Shown here: in pieces, positions 22,039-34,389 of the stretch
Numbering within the stretch: position 1 is the stretch's first letter
Layout of the letters: every line of letters starts with the position of its first letter
Assembly (NCBI GenBank): GCA_965649825.1
Contig: OZ287708.1
Coordinates: forward strand, 391,411-455,410
DNA from: Penicillus capitatus
Taxonomy: Eukaryota > Plantae > Chlorophyta
Reading direction: 5' to 3'
Length of the DNA: 64,000 bases
The notes under the pieces: generated by a model
Databases searched by the model: none
What the model saw: only the letters and a program-made list of their open reading frames with translations
What the model was told of the DNA's origin: nothing
Position numbers and translations under genes: made by a program

Positions 22039-23073
22039 TCACTCCTGTTTCTCTGTTTCTGATGGACGTTGTTTGCCTACCCACGAGGCAGCCCATTGCC
22101 GATCGTAGAAGAAAGCTTCATCGATCAAATTCCGATACTTATCGACATCTTTGAACTCCTGTATCAGTAAGACGGCGAACACGGCGACGTGTAGCAGCAG
22201 TTTGCCAAGAAAGCTGTTCTGCTGTTCCAGAAGACCGGCACCTGTTAGCTGCTCTCCCACAATTGCCAATGCGTAACCCAACATCGCAGCCCTTCCATTC
22301 AGCTTTTCAGCCTAGATCAGTGTCATCCTACTAACAGCGTTCCCCCGGAGAAGATGCCTTACCACTGGGAGATGGAATCGTTTGACCCATGCCCACCATG
22401 GGATCTCACTCGTGTCGAATTTCACAGCGTCATTGATTGAGGCAATGGGTGTGTCTTCGAGCAGCTGCCGACGAGCGATTTCGGCATCAATGACATTGTC
22501 CCAGTCGATGTCGCCTGTAGTACCCTTGAACGCAGTCAGATCCCAACGGCCATCAATCCATCGCTCGTCTTTGAACTGTCCGTCCACGATCTGCATCGTC
22601 TCTTGGACATCTTTCCCTTTCTTCTTGCGCAATGTCGAGGCACCCGCATCCTGATTGCGGCAAAAATGTCGATAGTGCAGTAAAAGGCGTCGCTTGCTAC
22701 CTTTCCCAATGCTTTCTCGTCTGTCAGTGTTCCTCCTTTCTCGAGACGTGACGGCGCTCGTTGTTCCTAAGCGGAGAAAATCGACGTCGATGACGGCAGT
22801 TGAGGGTGGATGCGTAATTGCCTTAGGAGCTGCCTGCTCTGCCGAAGTGGTCGCGGCGATACGCAGACACGAACGTCTGGGTTCACACGACAGCCGATCG
22901 GCACGTGGCCATTTCGACAAGGAAGCAGACTTTGTCGATGGTTTCGAGTAGAGCTTCGATGAGCACCGTGTGCGAATGCGGGTTGCGATCGACGACATCT
23001 CTGATGAAAGAAACGATTGAGATGATGCAATCCGAAAACCTCGACTTGTAAAGGATGACGCCATCTTCTGCAT
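22039..23073 (-). CDS. LIL3: Light-harvesting-like protein 3, chloroplast
   Basis: DERWIDGRWDL; FDTSEIPWWAWVKRFHLP spliced to EKLNGRAAMLG (LHC motif). Confidence 0.92.
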
Positions 23074-24329
23074 CTTGAGCTCAGATGTGATGCACTGAAT
23101 AAGTCGTTTTACGTCGAAAAAATGATTGTTGGCATATTTTCAGACAGCTGCCTCATGGGAATCTAGAGTTATTTAGTACAGAAGATGTCTCACTTCAATT
23201 TAGGCGTTTTACTTTGATGCTGATGAAAACATTAGCAGAGGCCTCTCTTGCGGATTTCTCTAGATTTCTCTACAAATCTTTCTAAAGTTGAACCAACCGT
23301 CCTCACCTCGTCATTCACTCACACTTGATCCAGCAATGAAACAGCCGATGATGTTCCGAAGATCGATAGACGTAGGGAGGGCGTGTACTAAGGCCAGAGT
23401 TGAACGACAGCGCATTCTATGCAGGCAAAAGTTAAGACGAACGACGAAATCCGAGTTTTCCAAGTTTAATGTCGCCGACAGGACATCGGAGTCTCACAGG
23501 AAACCTGAGAACGCACGGAGATCCAAATTGCGAATGTTCTGACCGGACTGAACGAGCAGCCAAGAAGATCCACAACTGTTAGATGGTGTTGCCAAGCACT
23601 GCCCACATCAATATCACATCGATGTCTGCGTGCAAGGAGACGATAAGCTGAGACTAGACAAGAGAACGAATTCCTCCTCGGTTCTCTCAAAGGAGACGGA
23701 GAAGACGCTTCACAAAGAGGCACTGTCCTGCAGACGCGAGCACATCGCCTTGGTTATTACTGCGTCTCATGTGCTGGAACCCGACGGTGAATCGTCGTGG
23801 ATTCTGTTCTTGCCCTTCCAGTGCATCTACGCGAGCGCAATGCTCAGAGAACTGCTGGATGTGGATTCGATGGGCGAATGCGTATCACGTATTCTGTCTA
23901 GCCACCACAGTGCGTCGTTCCACGCTATGGCTGCTGCCCCACCGTCAGTTTCATCTTCTTCCTCGCTATTTTCAGTGGTCTATCGATACGTCCATCCACA
24001 GAGCGCGCTGTAACTTGAACATTTTATGCTTTTACAGTTATGTTCTTCAATCTCGCAAAAACTGCGGTTTCGTTTCTACATCTGTGCTTATTTATCAGAA
24101 ACAGTATCCTACCCAGAGCAAACATCCAAATCAGTCATTTCACAGAACATAGTCGGCAAGGAAAAATGGCCTCTCCTTTCACGAAATCAGCAATTGTATT
24201 TTTCTCGACATGATAGCCTCCACGCAGCCGCTAGGCATCAGGTAGGACGCTCCACGAAAGCCTCCAACCGAATAGAAGGCCTTCATCAGCAGCAAGAGCG
24301 GCAGGTAAGACGACTGCGACCGCCTTCAT

Positions 24330-25530
24330 TGGCAGCCAGACGCCAGGTATGACGCCTTAGACTGTCTCCAGTGGCGGCCAGACGTCGGGGCGGACGCCTC
24401 TGACCGCCTCCATTGGCGGCCAGAAGTCGGAGCGGACGCCTGAGACTGTCTCCAGTGGCGGCGAGACAGTAGGAAGGGTGCCTGAGTGGCTTCATTGGCG
24501 GCCAGACGTCGGGGCGGACGCCTGAGACCGCCTCCAATGGCGGCCAGATGTCGGGGCGGACGCCTGAGACTGTCTCCAGTGGCGGTGAGACAGTAGGAAG
24601 GGTGCCTGAGTGGCTTCATTGGCGGCCAGACGTCGGGGCGGACGCCTGAGACCGCCTCCAATGGCGGCCAGATGTCGGGGCGGACGCCTGAGACCGCCTC
24701 CAATGGCGGCCAGATGTCGGGGCGGACGCCTGAGACCGCCTCCAATGGCGGCCAGATGTCGGGGCGGACGCCTGAGACTGTCTCCAGTGGCGGTGAGACA
24801 GTAGGAAGGGTGCCTGAGTGGCTTCATTGGCGGCCAGACGTCGGGGCGGACGCCTCAGACCGCCTCCAATGGCGGCCAGACGTCGGGGCGGACGCCTCAG
24901 ACCGCCTCCAATGGCGGCCAGACGTCGGGGCGGACGCCTGAGACTGTCTCCAGTGGCGGCGAGACAGTAGGAAGGGTGCCTGAGACCGCCTCCAATGGCG
25001 GCCAGACGTCGGGGCGGACGCCTGAGACCGCCTCCAATGGCGGCCAGACGTCGGGGCGGACGCCTGAGACCGCCTCCAATGGCGGCCAGATGTCGGGGCG
25101 GACGCCTGAGACCGCCTCAAATGGCGGCCAGATGTCGGGGCGGACGCCTGAGACCGCCTCCAATGGCGGCCAGATGTCGGGGCGGACGCCTGAGACCGCC
25201 TCCAATGGCGGCCAGATGTCGGGGCGGACGCCTGAGACTGTCTCCAGTGGCGGCGAAACAGTAGGAAGGGTGCCTGAGTGGCTTCATTGGCGGCCAGACG
25301 TCGGGGCGGACGCCTCAGACCGCCTCCATTGGCGGCCAGAAGTCGGAGCGGACGCCTGAGACTGTCTCCAGTGGCGGCGAAACAGTAGGAAGGGTGCCTG
25401 AGTGGCTTCATTGGCGGCCAGATGTCAGGTAGGACGCATGAGACCGCCTCAAGCGGCGGCCAGACGTCGGGTGGACGCCTGAGACTGCCTCCAGTGGCGG
25501 CGAGACAGTAGGAAGGGCGCCTGAGTATGT
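24330..25530. repeat. 40/42-bp variant minisatellite of copy 2
   Basis: GAGACCGCCTCCAATGGCGGCCAGAYGTCGGGGCGGACGCCT and related unit types. Confidence 0.95.
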
Positions 25531-25739
25531 CTCCAGGAACAAAAAAAAGGTTTCAATAACGGCAAAGTCCTCCAGCAGCAGCGACGGCCTCTGCTCTCAG
25601 GAAGACATCAGGTAGGACGCTCTTGAAGACCTCCGGCAGCAGCAACGGCGTCTAATGGCTGCAAGAGCAAAAAATGTATGATATTCTTTCTGGCCTTCGA
25701 TCGCGTCAAGACGGCGTGCACATCATCCAAAACAACCTC

Positions 25740-26560
25740 CGAGCCTCAAATAGCAGCAGGGCAGCAGGTAAAATCCACGAGGGCCTTCGGGCCTCCAACG
25801 ACAGCAGGGCAGCAGCAGAACATCCACGAGGGCCTCCGGGCCTCCAACGACAGCAGGGCAGCAGCAGAACATCCACGAGGGCCTCCGGGCCTCCAACGAC
25901 AGCAGGGCAGCAGCAGAACATCCACGAGGGCCTCCGGGCCTCCAACGACAGCAGGGCAGCAGCAGAACATCCACGAGTGCCTTCGGGCCTCCAACGACAG
26001 CAGGGCAGCAAGTAGAACATCCACGAGGGCCTTCGGGCCTCCAGCGACAGCAGGGCAGCAGGTAAAGTCACACGAGGACCTCCGGGCCTCCAACGACAGC
26101 AGGGCAGCAGTAGAACATCCACGAGGACCTCCGGGCCTCCAACGACAGCAGGGCAGCAGGTAAAGTCACACGAGGACCTCCAGGCCTCCAACGACACCAG
26201 GGCAGCAGCAGAACATCCACGAGTGCCTTCGGGCCTCCAGCGACAGCAGGGCAGCAGGTAAAGTCACACGAGTGCCTCCGGGCCTCCAACGACAGCAGGG
26301 CAGCAGGTAAAGTCACACGAGGACCTCCGGGCCTCCAACGACAGCAGGGCAGCAGTAGAACATCCACGAGGACCTCCGGGCCTCCAACGACAGCAGGGCA
26401 GCAGGTAAAGTCACACGAGGACCTCCAGGCCTCCAACGACACCAGGGCAGCAGCAGAACATCCACAAGTGCCTTCGGGCCTCCAGCGACAGCAGGGCAGC
26501 AGGTAAAATCCACGAGGGACTCCGGGCCTCCAGCGACAGCAAGACAACAAGAGTGGCAGG
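25740..26560. repeat. ~49-bp tandem repeat of copy 2
   Basis: CAGCAGGGCAGCAGCAGAACATCCACGAGGGCCTCCGGGCCTCCAACGA and variants; near-identical to 50100-50900. Confidence 0.95.
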
Positions 26561-26609
26561 TAGAACATCCAAGAGGGCCTCCATCCTCCAATGACATCAC
26601 GACAGTAAA

Positions 26610-26875
26610 GCAGCCTCCAGCCTCCACTGCTTCATATGGTACACAGCAGCCTCCAGCCTCCACTGCTTCATATGGTACACAGCAGCCTCCAGCCTCCACT
26701 GCTTCATATGGTACACAGCAGCCTCCAGCCTCCACTGCTTCATATGGTACACAGCAGCCTCCAGCCTCCACTTGCTGCATATGGTACACAGCAGCCTCCA
26801 GCCTCCACTTGCTGCATATGGTACACAGCAGCCTCCAGCCTCCACTTGCTGCATATGGTACACAGCAGCCTCCAT
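26610..26875. repeat. 36/37-bp tandem repeat of copy 2
   Basis: CAGCCTCCAGCCTCCACTGCTTCATATGGTACACAG x~4 plus 37-bp variants. Confidence 0.95.
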
Positions 26876-27049
26876 GTAAAAGACAGTCAACAAACAGCCA
26901 TCCACTACAAAGCGAAGGTGGAATGGCGGAAACGGCAAAAGAGAAACGAAAACAGCCCTTTCAGATCTTTGTTTCTTTTTGAATTTTTCTGTCAAAAAAG
27001 AAAACAGCGTTCAAAAAAGTAAACAAAAAGGCCCTCAGAGAGACCAGTC

Positions 27050-28229
27050 TTATATGAAAACCTACAGAAAAACACATTAAAAGAGAGAAGGAAATAAAGA
27101 GTAACTTACACATTGGCCTGACATAAAGAAAAGTCGTTCTGGAATGGCAGGGCCGACCCTAACGCACTGGCCTGACATGAAATACGGCCGGGGAGGGATA
27201 CCGAGGGGCCCGACGGAAAAGACAAAGGGGCGAGGTGGGATTGGAGGGGGACAGGGTAGAGAAAACTGGGAGGTGCGTACAGGAAAGGAAGGTGGGAAAA
27301 AGGGGAATGAAAACTTAAATAGGCGCGAGGGGATGAGTGGAGGCGGGGACGCTGGGATGCAAAACACCTGTGGGCGAGGGGGGAAAGGTGGAGGTTTGAT
27401 GGACTGGGTGACGGAAGCGGGCACTGTCGGGGTCGGCTGGGGAAAGGGACAGGATGACCACTCCATGACAGCTGGACACGGTGGCTGTGATGATTCGGGA
27501 GTCGGTGCGGCTGACTGGGCCTGAGGATGAGCTGCCGGCGGCACTGGCGACCAATCCATCGGCAGAGGCGCGCTCGGCTGGGGTGCTGCTGGCGGCGGCG
27601 ACGCCGGCTGGGCCTGAGGAGTCTCGGCTGGCGCTGGCGCTGGCGCTGGCGGCTGGCTGCTCGGTGGCGGCGCGGCAGGCTCTGAGACTGCAGGCGGCGC
27701 ATAAGCTGGGACGCGCTGCGGAGGCGGCTGAGCAGCAGGCTGGCCCTCTTGGGCCAGCCGCGCTTGCCTCTCTGCAGCCGAGAGGACCCTAGCTCTCCGC
27801 ATGGGCCGCGGCTGTGGGGTTTGGACCCTATTGGGTCCAAACCGCACAGGAGGGGTCTGCGCATCGATGTGCGCTTGACCCCTCTGCGCAGTTGTTCGGG
27901 ATTTTAAATCCCAATACAACTGCGCACGCGCGGCCTCGTCCAAGCCTTCGAAGGCCCTGGGCGGGTGACTGCCCAGGACCTCCCTCAACGTGACCTGGTC
28001 GAATCTAGGAACACACAGAAGAGTTAGAGATCAGTCGAAGAAGAGTTGGTCGACGCGTCGCGCGCTGCAGAGCTTCTCGACTGCAGCCGGACACATGCGT
28101 GTTCATGGAGAGTGTCCAGCCGCAGTCGAGAAGCTCTGCAGCGCGCGACGCGTCGACGAATGGCCACAGGACTCACGGTCTGTCAGGATATCCGTAGTCG
28201 TCTTCTGTGAACATGCGTGCGTCAGCCAT
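27050..28229 (-). CDS. Orphan Pro-rich cassette protein, copy 2 (exons 28229-28177, 28004-27110, 27061-27050; ~319 aa)
   Basis: Same splice sites; 172-nt intron 1 and 48-nt intron 2; open frame; TATA at 28311-28316. Confidence 0.78.
28046..28160 (-). ncRNA. Intronic hairpin, copy 2
   Basis: Stem is nearly perfect (2 G-U pairs, 1 basal mismatch). Confidence 0.6.
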
Positions 28230-31200
28230 TGTCTTCGTCTTCGCTTGAGCTCCGGAAAACAGGAAGGCGCCAAGGAAAGTCGACAGTGCGGAAGGGTCTG
28301 TGACAGGACCTTTATAGGCCGCCTCGGTTGCGAGCGCGGCCTGCGGGTGGCGGCTGGGAACCGTGGCCGTTCGGCGGCGCTGCATGCGCCGCCGGACAAA
28401 CGATCGGCCGCCAGACGTTCAGAAACGCTGAGCACTGTCGTCGGATGCGCGACGCGAAAGGGAGAGCGCTTCTAGAAGCTTTGCAAGGAGTTTTACAGGC
28501 AGGATTCTCTACAGTTTGTCGGCGTTCTGCTCTCTGAGTGTAACGCGCATGCGTTCTCCTCGGCTGTTCAGACGCGATTCTCCGAACGGCGAACCGTCAG
28601 AAGTCACCTCCGCGTTGCCTGAGCAGAGGAACGAGGCGGGCATTCTTTTTCGCGAAAGCAGCAAACACTCTATGTCAAGGCGGCTGTCTCTTGCACGCGT
28701 CTCCGTCGCAAACGCCGTAGAGAGAGCGTTCTGCGCGGTGTAACGCGAGTCGGTTTGAGGAGTTATCGTTGGTCCTAACTCCCTCGAACATGGAAGGCGG
28801 AACCGAACGACGCCCTGCGAGAACCAGACGGCCGCGGAGTCGTCGTTTCGGTTCGCGCTCGCGCACAGCGTCGAGTGAGTGCTTTGGAAGACGCCGTTCG
28901 CTCCAACTAGCGAAGTTCTATCGCGTCTTACATCGGCCTCGCGGACTCACTCGTCTGTCTGTGCAGCCATTGACGACTTCTTCTGGCCAAAGAGTACGAG
29001 AAACCGGCAGAGCCTCGAAAAGAGCGCTCCTAGAGATCTGGATCTTGCTGTGGTGCTGCCGCCAGCGAATTGCACCGAACGCAAGCCGGATGACAGACAG
29101 TTTGGACGATCACGATCGACTGACGACTGTATGCAGGTGAAGCTGTCAGATGTCTCTCTCTGGCCGAAGGACGCGTGCGGCGACGGTAAAGTAGGCCAGA
29201 CGGAGTCTGTTCTCGACCGCAGTCGGTGTCGCAGTGCTCGGACCGGCAGCCGTCTTCGGAGGAAGATTCTCTGGCATCTTGCATGTGCTGTCGTCTTCCG
29301 GGAGCGATGGCCTCAAGCGACAATACGTTGTCAGGTGACGAAAGACGCTGTCGACAGAGTTACCAGAGGTGTGTTTCTCAGGGAGCCCCGCGGCTGTATG
29401 CTGGGTTCGACGCTTTTGGCGGAGAGAGATTCTGTGGGGTCATCGCACTTCTATTGAGATCGAACGCCTTGTAATAGTGTTTGCTCACACGGAACGACGA
29501 CTCGTGTCGAAAGGCACATGCATTCACCATCGCAATCGCACAGCACGACGAGATAGTCATGGCACTTATGGAAGATTCGCCGACTGTCGGTCCCGACTTC
29601 CGTATCGTTGAATACGTGTTTTAGAAGACAGACAACGACGGCGCGGACGACGATCTAGTGTTTAAATTCGCAAAGGCAGCTGACCTAATTGCATTAACCG
29701 AAGACGTGATGCACGAGATGCCTCGACGGATGACAGAGCCACGGAACGTCCAGCAAGAAACGCGGACGGTGAAGCATCAGACGATTCGGTCTCCGACAGT
29801 GAGAAAGGCATCTCAGTCGAGCATCTGTCCTCAGATTGCCTTGGAAGCAAGGGCGGCATAGAAAAATGGCGTTTCGCGACGGCGATGCTCACCAGTCAGG
29901 CGTTTCCCCTGTGCTCTTCTCTGACGTCCCTGCCGGTCACTCGACTCACCTGGTGGATGCGTCTGCTCCACAGCATCCTTCGTACGTAGCACATTCTTCG
30001 GTGGAACCGATGCGTCGTTCGTCGGAGACAGCAAGGGACGACGAAGCTGCCGCGAGCGATAGGGGTCACTCGACAAGACTCCGTAGACATCGACGAGCTG
30101 TTGCAGAGGTACAACGCCGAGAGGCCCCTGGATGGTGGACGTCTCTGACATCAGGAACCCCACCAACCGACGAGGCCGATTGAGCATCGACCGAAGGCGC
30201 TGTCTGCTGACGGACACTAGCACCCTTAACAAAACTTGTTACAAGACAAAAAACGTTTCGTTCTTGTCTCGGTGCAAAGGACCACTGACGTCGGGACTGC
30301 ATCCACGTGTCTTCGATGAATTCAAGCCGGTCGACGCTCTCTCGGCCCTAGAGATACCCTTGAGTCGCAGAAGCCGAGGGATCCGCATGTCTCTCGACCC
30401 GCGGGTGGACGAAGCCCCGTTCGAGCTGGATTCTCTCTTCGCCGTTCCTGCGTAGAAGCTGGACAGGTATCGATCAACATCCGCACATCTCGCGGGAGGA
30501 ACGCACTTTCGATCTCGGATCGTGGCGTCCACATTGACTCTGGGTTCCTGCTGGAAGCAAATATCGACCTCGTAGATCTTACGGTAAAGTCTACTGGCGA
30601 GTGTGATCTGCGTGCAGAGCTGGGCGATATGTAAGAGCTTCAATCTCGACTTGATCTCCGCCTCACGTCGCGTCTGTCACTCGGCCCTGTATGATGCCGC
30701 CGCCATGTGATGTTTGTTTGTTCGCTGAAAGTGGCACAGACACACTAAGAAGACGGAGATCTCTTCTATGGACCGCCTTGAGGTGAAGACGGACGGATCT
30801 GGGTTTGCGTTCCCGGGCGACGTAGACTCGTCCGACCTCGCCTGCATCCAGCGGTGTTCTCATTTCGGCTTCCTCGAGCGGATGGCAGTCCGTCTGGAAC
30901 CTCCTGCATCGCGTAGAGACGCCCTCTGCGGCACACAGACGACCTTAGCAGGAGTTCGGTTCGGATAGCGGACCGAAGGGAAGTTGCCTAGCAACGGATC
31001 GGTCTGCGGCGGCGTGCCGATGGTCGCCTTATAGGGTCGCTGCGCAACGGTCTCGTTTTCTGTCTCGGTGCCGCTCAGTCGCATGAAATGTAGACGATGA
31101 CTTCCAAGCCGCCATCCAAACGACAGAGGAAAGACGGACAGATATCCCGAGCGTTTAGAGATCGTGCTGCGGGGAAGACGACAGGACAGAAACGCAGCGA

Positions 31201-32134
31201 AAGGCCTAGAGGTGGTGATGGCAAAGGAACCACATCCCACTTAGTCCATTTGCTACAGCGCTTCGTCAAACTCGAGCTCGTCGCGCTTCAGCGGCGAACG
31301 AAGACACGGGGAAGTAGTGCCGCCAAACTGGTGAGAGATCTGCCAGAGACGCAAGGTGGAGTCGCCGTGTTCGTTTACCTGTGCAGTGCCCTAGCGGTTC
31401 CGAGGTTCTAGTTGGCGGCGTACTTGGGAGCGCAGCGGATCACACGACTGGCAGCGGGGTTTCATCGAACACTGTGTTAGACAGTCGCTTGTGCGCGGGA
31501 AGAGTGCGAAACGTGTGTGGCATCCCATTCGACCTCACGATCAACATTTCTACAAGTGCCTGTCTGTTTTGTTACCTTTTTCTTTAGTCTTTGTCATGCT
31601 GATACAGACACAGATTTGTTCGATGCGAAGCCAGCGTGCGAATTGCCCTTACTCGTGTGGAAACGTCTGCTACAGTCAGGCGGATCTGTGATCGGTCGCC
31701 GAAAGCGTTTGCTGCCTCTAACGTTGCGCATCTCGATGGAAGACCATCTGCGTAATGTCGCGACGAAAGAGATGCAAGAAAGGGGAGCTGTTGCGCATTC
31801 CGTTGCCCCAGTGCGTGGAACGCCGAGACCGGTCATTCATCTACTTTACAGCCGTTTGCATGTCGACGCGTACACGCCTTGTGCAAACGACGGCGCCATT
31901 AGAACTTCCAGCCCGTTCTCTTCCATTGCGGCTCAGTTCTGCATAGTGTGTCCAGATGGGATACGAGCGTTCTCCTTGTACCATACTTTACCTGTCGGCT
32001 CGGGCGCACTCGGTGCGGGAGCGTTCGTCTCGCTCGTCGACGGCAGCTTGGATAGATCGATCGCGGTGAGCATGTCGTGCAAGACTTGCCGATGGCGTGG
32101 CTGGTGTCGATTCCTCTGCCGACTGTTCCTGTCT

Positions 32135-32305
32135 TCCATTGCTTCCTGGCACGTAGCAGAGCAGACTGTGCGCGAGGAGAGAGAGCACGGCGCCAGAACC
32201 CACACCGCCTCCGAGGGAGCCATTCCTGACCTCGGTCGCTAAACCGATGAATCCGCCCAACGCCAGCAGCACCGAATAGAAATACGTGAAACAGTATTCG
32301 TGCAT
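32135..32305 (-). pseudogene. TMEM14/FAX5-like fragment, second copy
   Basis: MHEYCFTYFYSVLLALGGFIG...GGGVGSGAVLSLL. Confidence 0.65.
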
Positions 32306-34389
32306 CCTTTGCTCCACTTGGACACCGATTGAACGCTGCCTCCGTTTAGGAACACGCGTCACAAGATGCCGTAAACCGACCGTCTACGTTGTCGTCGGGC
32401 AACGATGCCTATACACCTGAAGCTCCTCATCAGTGGACGTCGATCTGCTGCGAGATTCGCACCGAGGAGCTCGTTAGAGGCGTCTCGACAGAACTCTCGA
32501 GCAGAAACACGGCTTGCAGAGGTCTCTCTTCGAGGAGTCCTCGCGGTCCTATTGCCTTCGGACGTCCTGAACGCTCAGCACTTCCGTCGCCGCAAGCTCG
32601 CGCGCCGTGTTGACGCTCTTTCCCTTCATCCACCGCTCACACCGCAATCATTTCCCTGTACTGCGCTGAGGTGGCCGGCATTCCTGTCGCGCACGATGAG
32701 GCAGATTCGGAAACGTCCGTGTTCCAAAAGGACTTTGGCAGTTCCCGAGGAGGATATTCAGCTCAGGAGGCGAGATTCACCCAGGCTCACGAGGACGATC
32801 CACTCTTCATCGTCTTCGGGGATGTTGTTTGATTCTCACTTCTGGTCTCTGACGTTCCGACAAAAGGCGAAGGTCTCTTTGTACACGCGCGCAATGCCGA
32901 GATCTTTTTCCCGCGGCGGCGACATCGGCGTTCGGACAGGCGTCTCCACTTGACGAGCGGTCAGATGCCATTCCGACGATCTACTCGAAATCGAACGAGT
33001 GACACACGTAGACGCATAGATCTCAACATCGCTGTCAGAGAAGATGAAAGGCGAGCGAATTGATCAGGCCTCGTCAAGGATCATCCAAACACGAGCAACG
33101 CGGACTGTGGCGAGACGAATCGCCCAGATCAGTGAACCACGTTTAAATGCGGGGCAGCAGAGATGACGCTCGATGCATCGAATGTCGCAACAGCAGTCAG
33201 TTGATGCCATATGAACTGTCTAACACGCGTTCCTGTAAGCTTTGCGTCGACGGCTTCGCGACTCTAGCCTCTCCAGAGTTCACGCTGTTCTTGTATCTGT
33301 TCGGCTTTCGTCGAAGCCTTCCGTGTTCCTCCTCTGTCGTTCTTCGCTTGCACTGCGGAGCCGCCAAGGCGATGAAACGAAAACGACGCCTTCGTCGTGA
33401 CGATGCGCATAGTCTTCTCTGTCCCGGGCAACCGACGGCACGGAATGTAATGCACTCCGCTCCTCAGACAACAGAAAGAGTTCGCCCAGAATCTTAGACG
33501 ATACATCTTGTAAACAACTTCGAAGAGACAATCGTTCGTCTGGCGCTCCTCCCTTCGGAGCACGCCGCCGCCAGTCGACAACGTGCAGCGACCTTTTTTG
33601 CTTCTGGCGATAATGCTGTCGCCATATCGGACATCGCCCGAAACGTGTCGTTTCGAATAGATCCGTAAACAGAAAATGCGAGTCGTCACTGCTTTAGAGT
33701 CATGCATACCGACGAGGCTCTCTTCCCTCGCTCTCCTATCGCCACTTCATCGACACAGCCGCCACAAGTCGATTCTCATCCGCAGGCACGCTTCCAAGCT
33801 TTCGGGCACTGAACGACACCGACACAAGGCACTCGAGTGCAAGCCTTTCGGACGGAAGCTTGTAGCCGTGGTGTTGCAGACAGGCAGTAGCGCAACACAC
33901 GATAGGGTAAGGCAATTCATCGCGGTCGCACAGTGCGACGTGCTTGCCGAGTTTCGAAACCTGGGTCGACGGTGCATGCGCGGAGTAGACGTCGCGTCAT
34001 CTTCGCCTGTCCCTAGGAAGCGAATGCAGGAAACAGGTCTGTGGATGCCATGCGTCTTCCCCAGCAGATGGTAACGAGCTTCACGATTTAACGCGCCTGA
34101 ACAACGCCCTCGGTAATGGACGGGAAGGCGTCGACATACAGCGTTCCGTCGTCGAATCGTAACTCGCGCTCGATAAATGTAAAAAGAACGGATTTCAATT
34201 GTTCAAAACGCTTGTAAAAAGGTCATTCTTTTTTAAAAAGTGTGATCTCAAGCGCAAAATCGATAAAACAGTGGTTCGCGAGGGATAAGATACACCCCGC
34301 AACAAAGTCTGCAGAGAAAGAGTAAGAAAGTGCAATTTCATGAAAAGAGAACTTAAAGTCGGCGACAGCCGCCTTGCATCCACAGCAAG

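Larger units (their letters stand above)
23345..34004 (-). repeat. Right arm of large inverted duplication (copy of 1..~10740)
   Basis: Reverse-complement collinearity with the window start; edge homology decays around 23345-23400. Confidence 0.95.
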
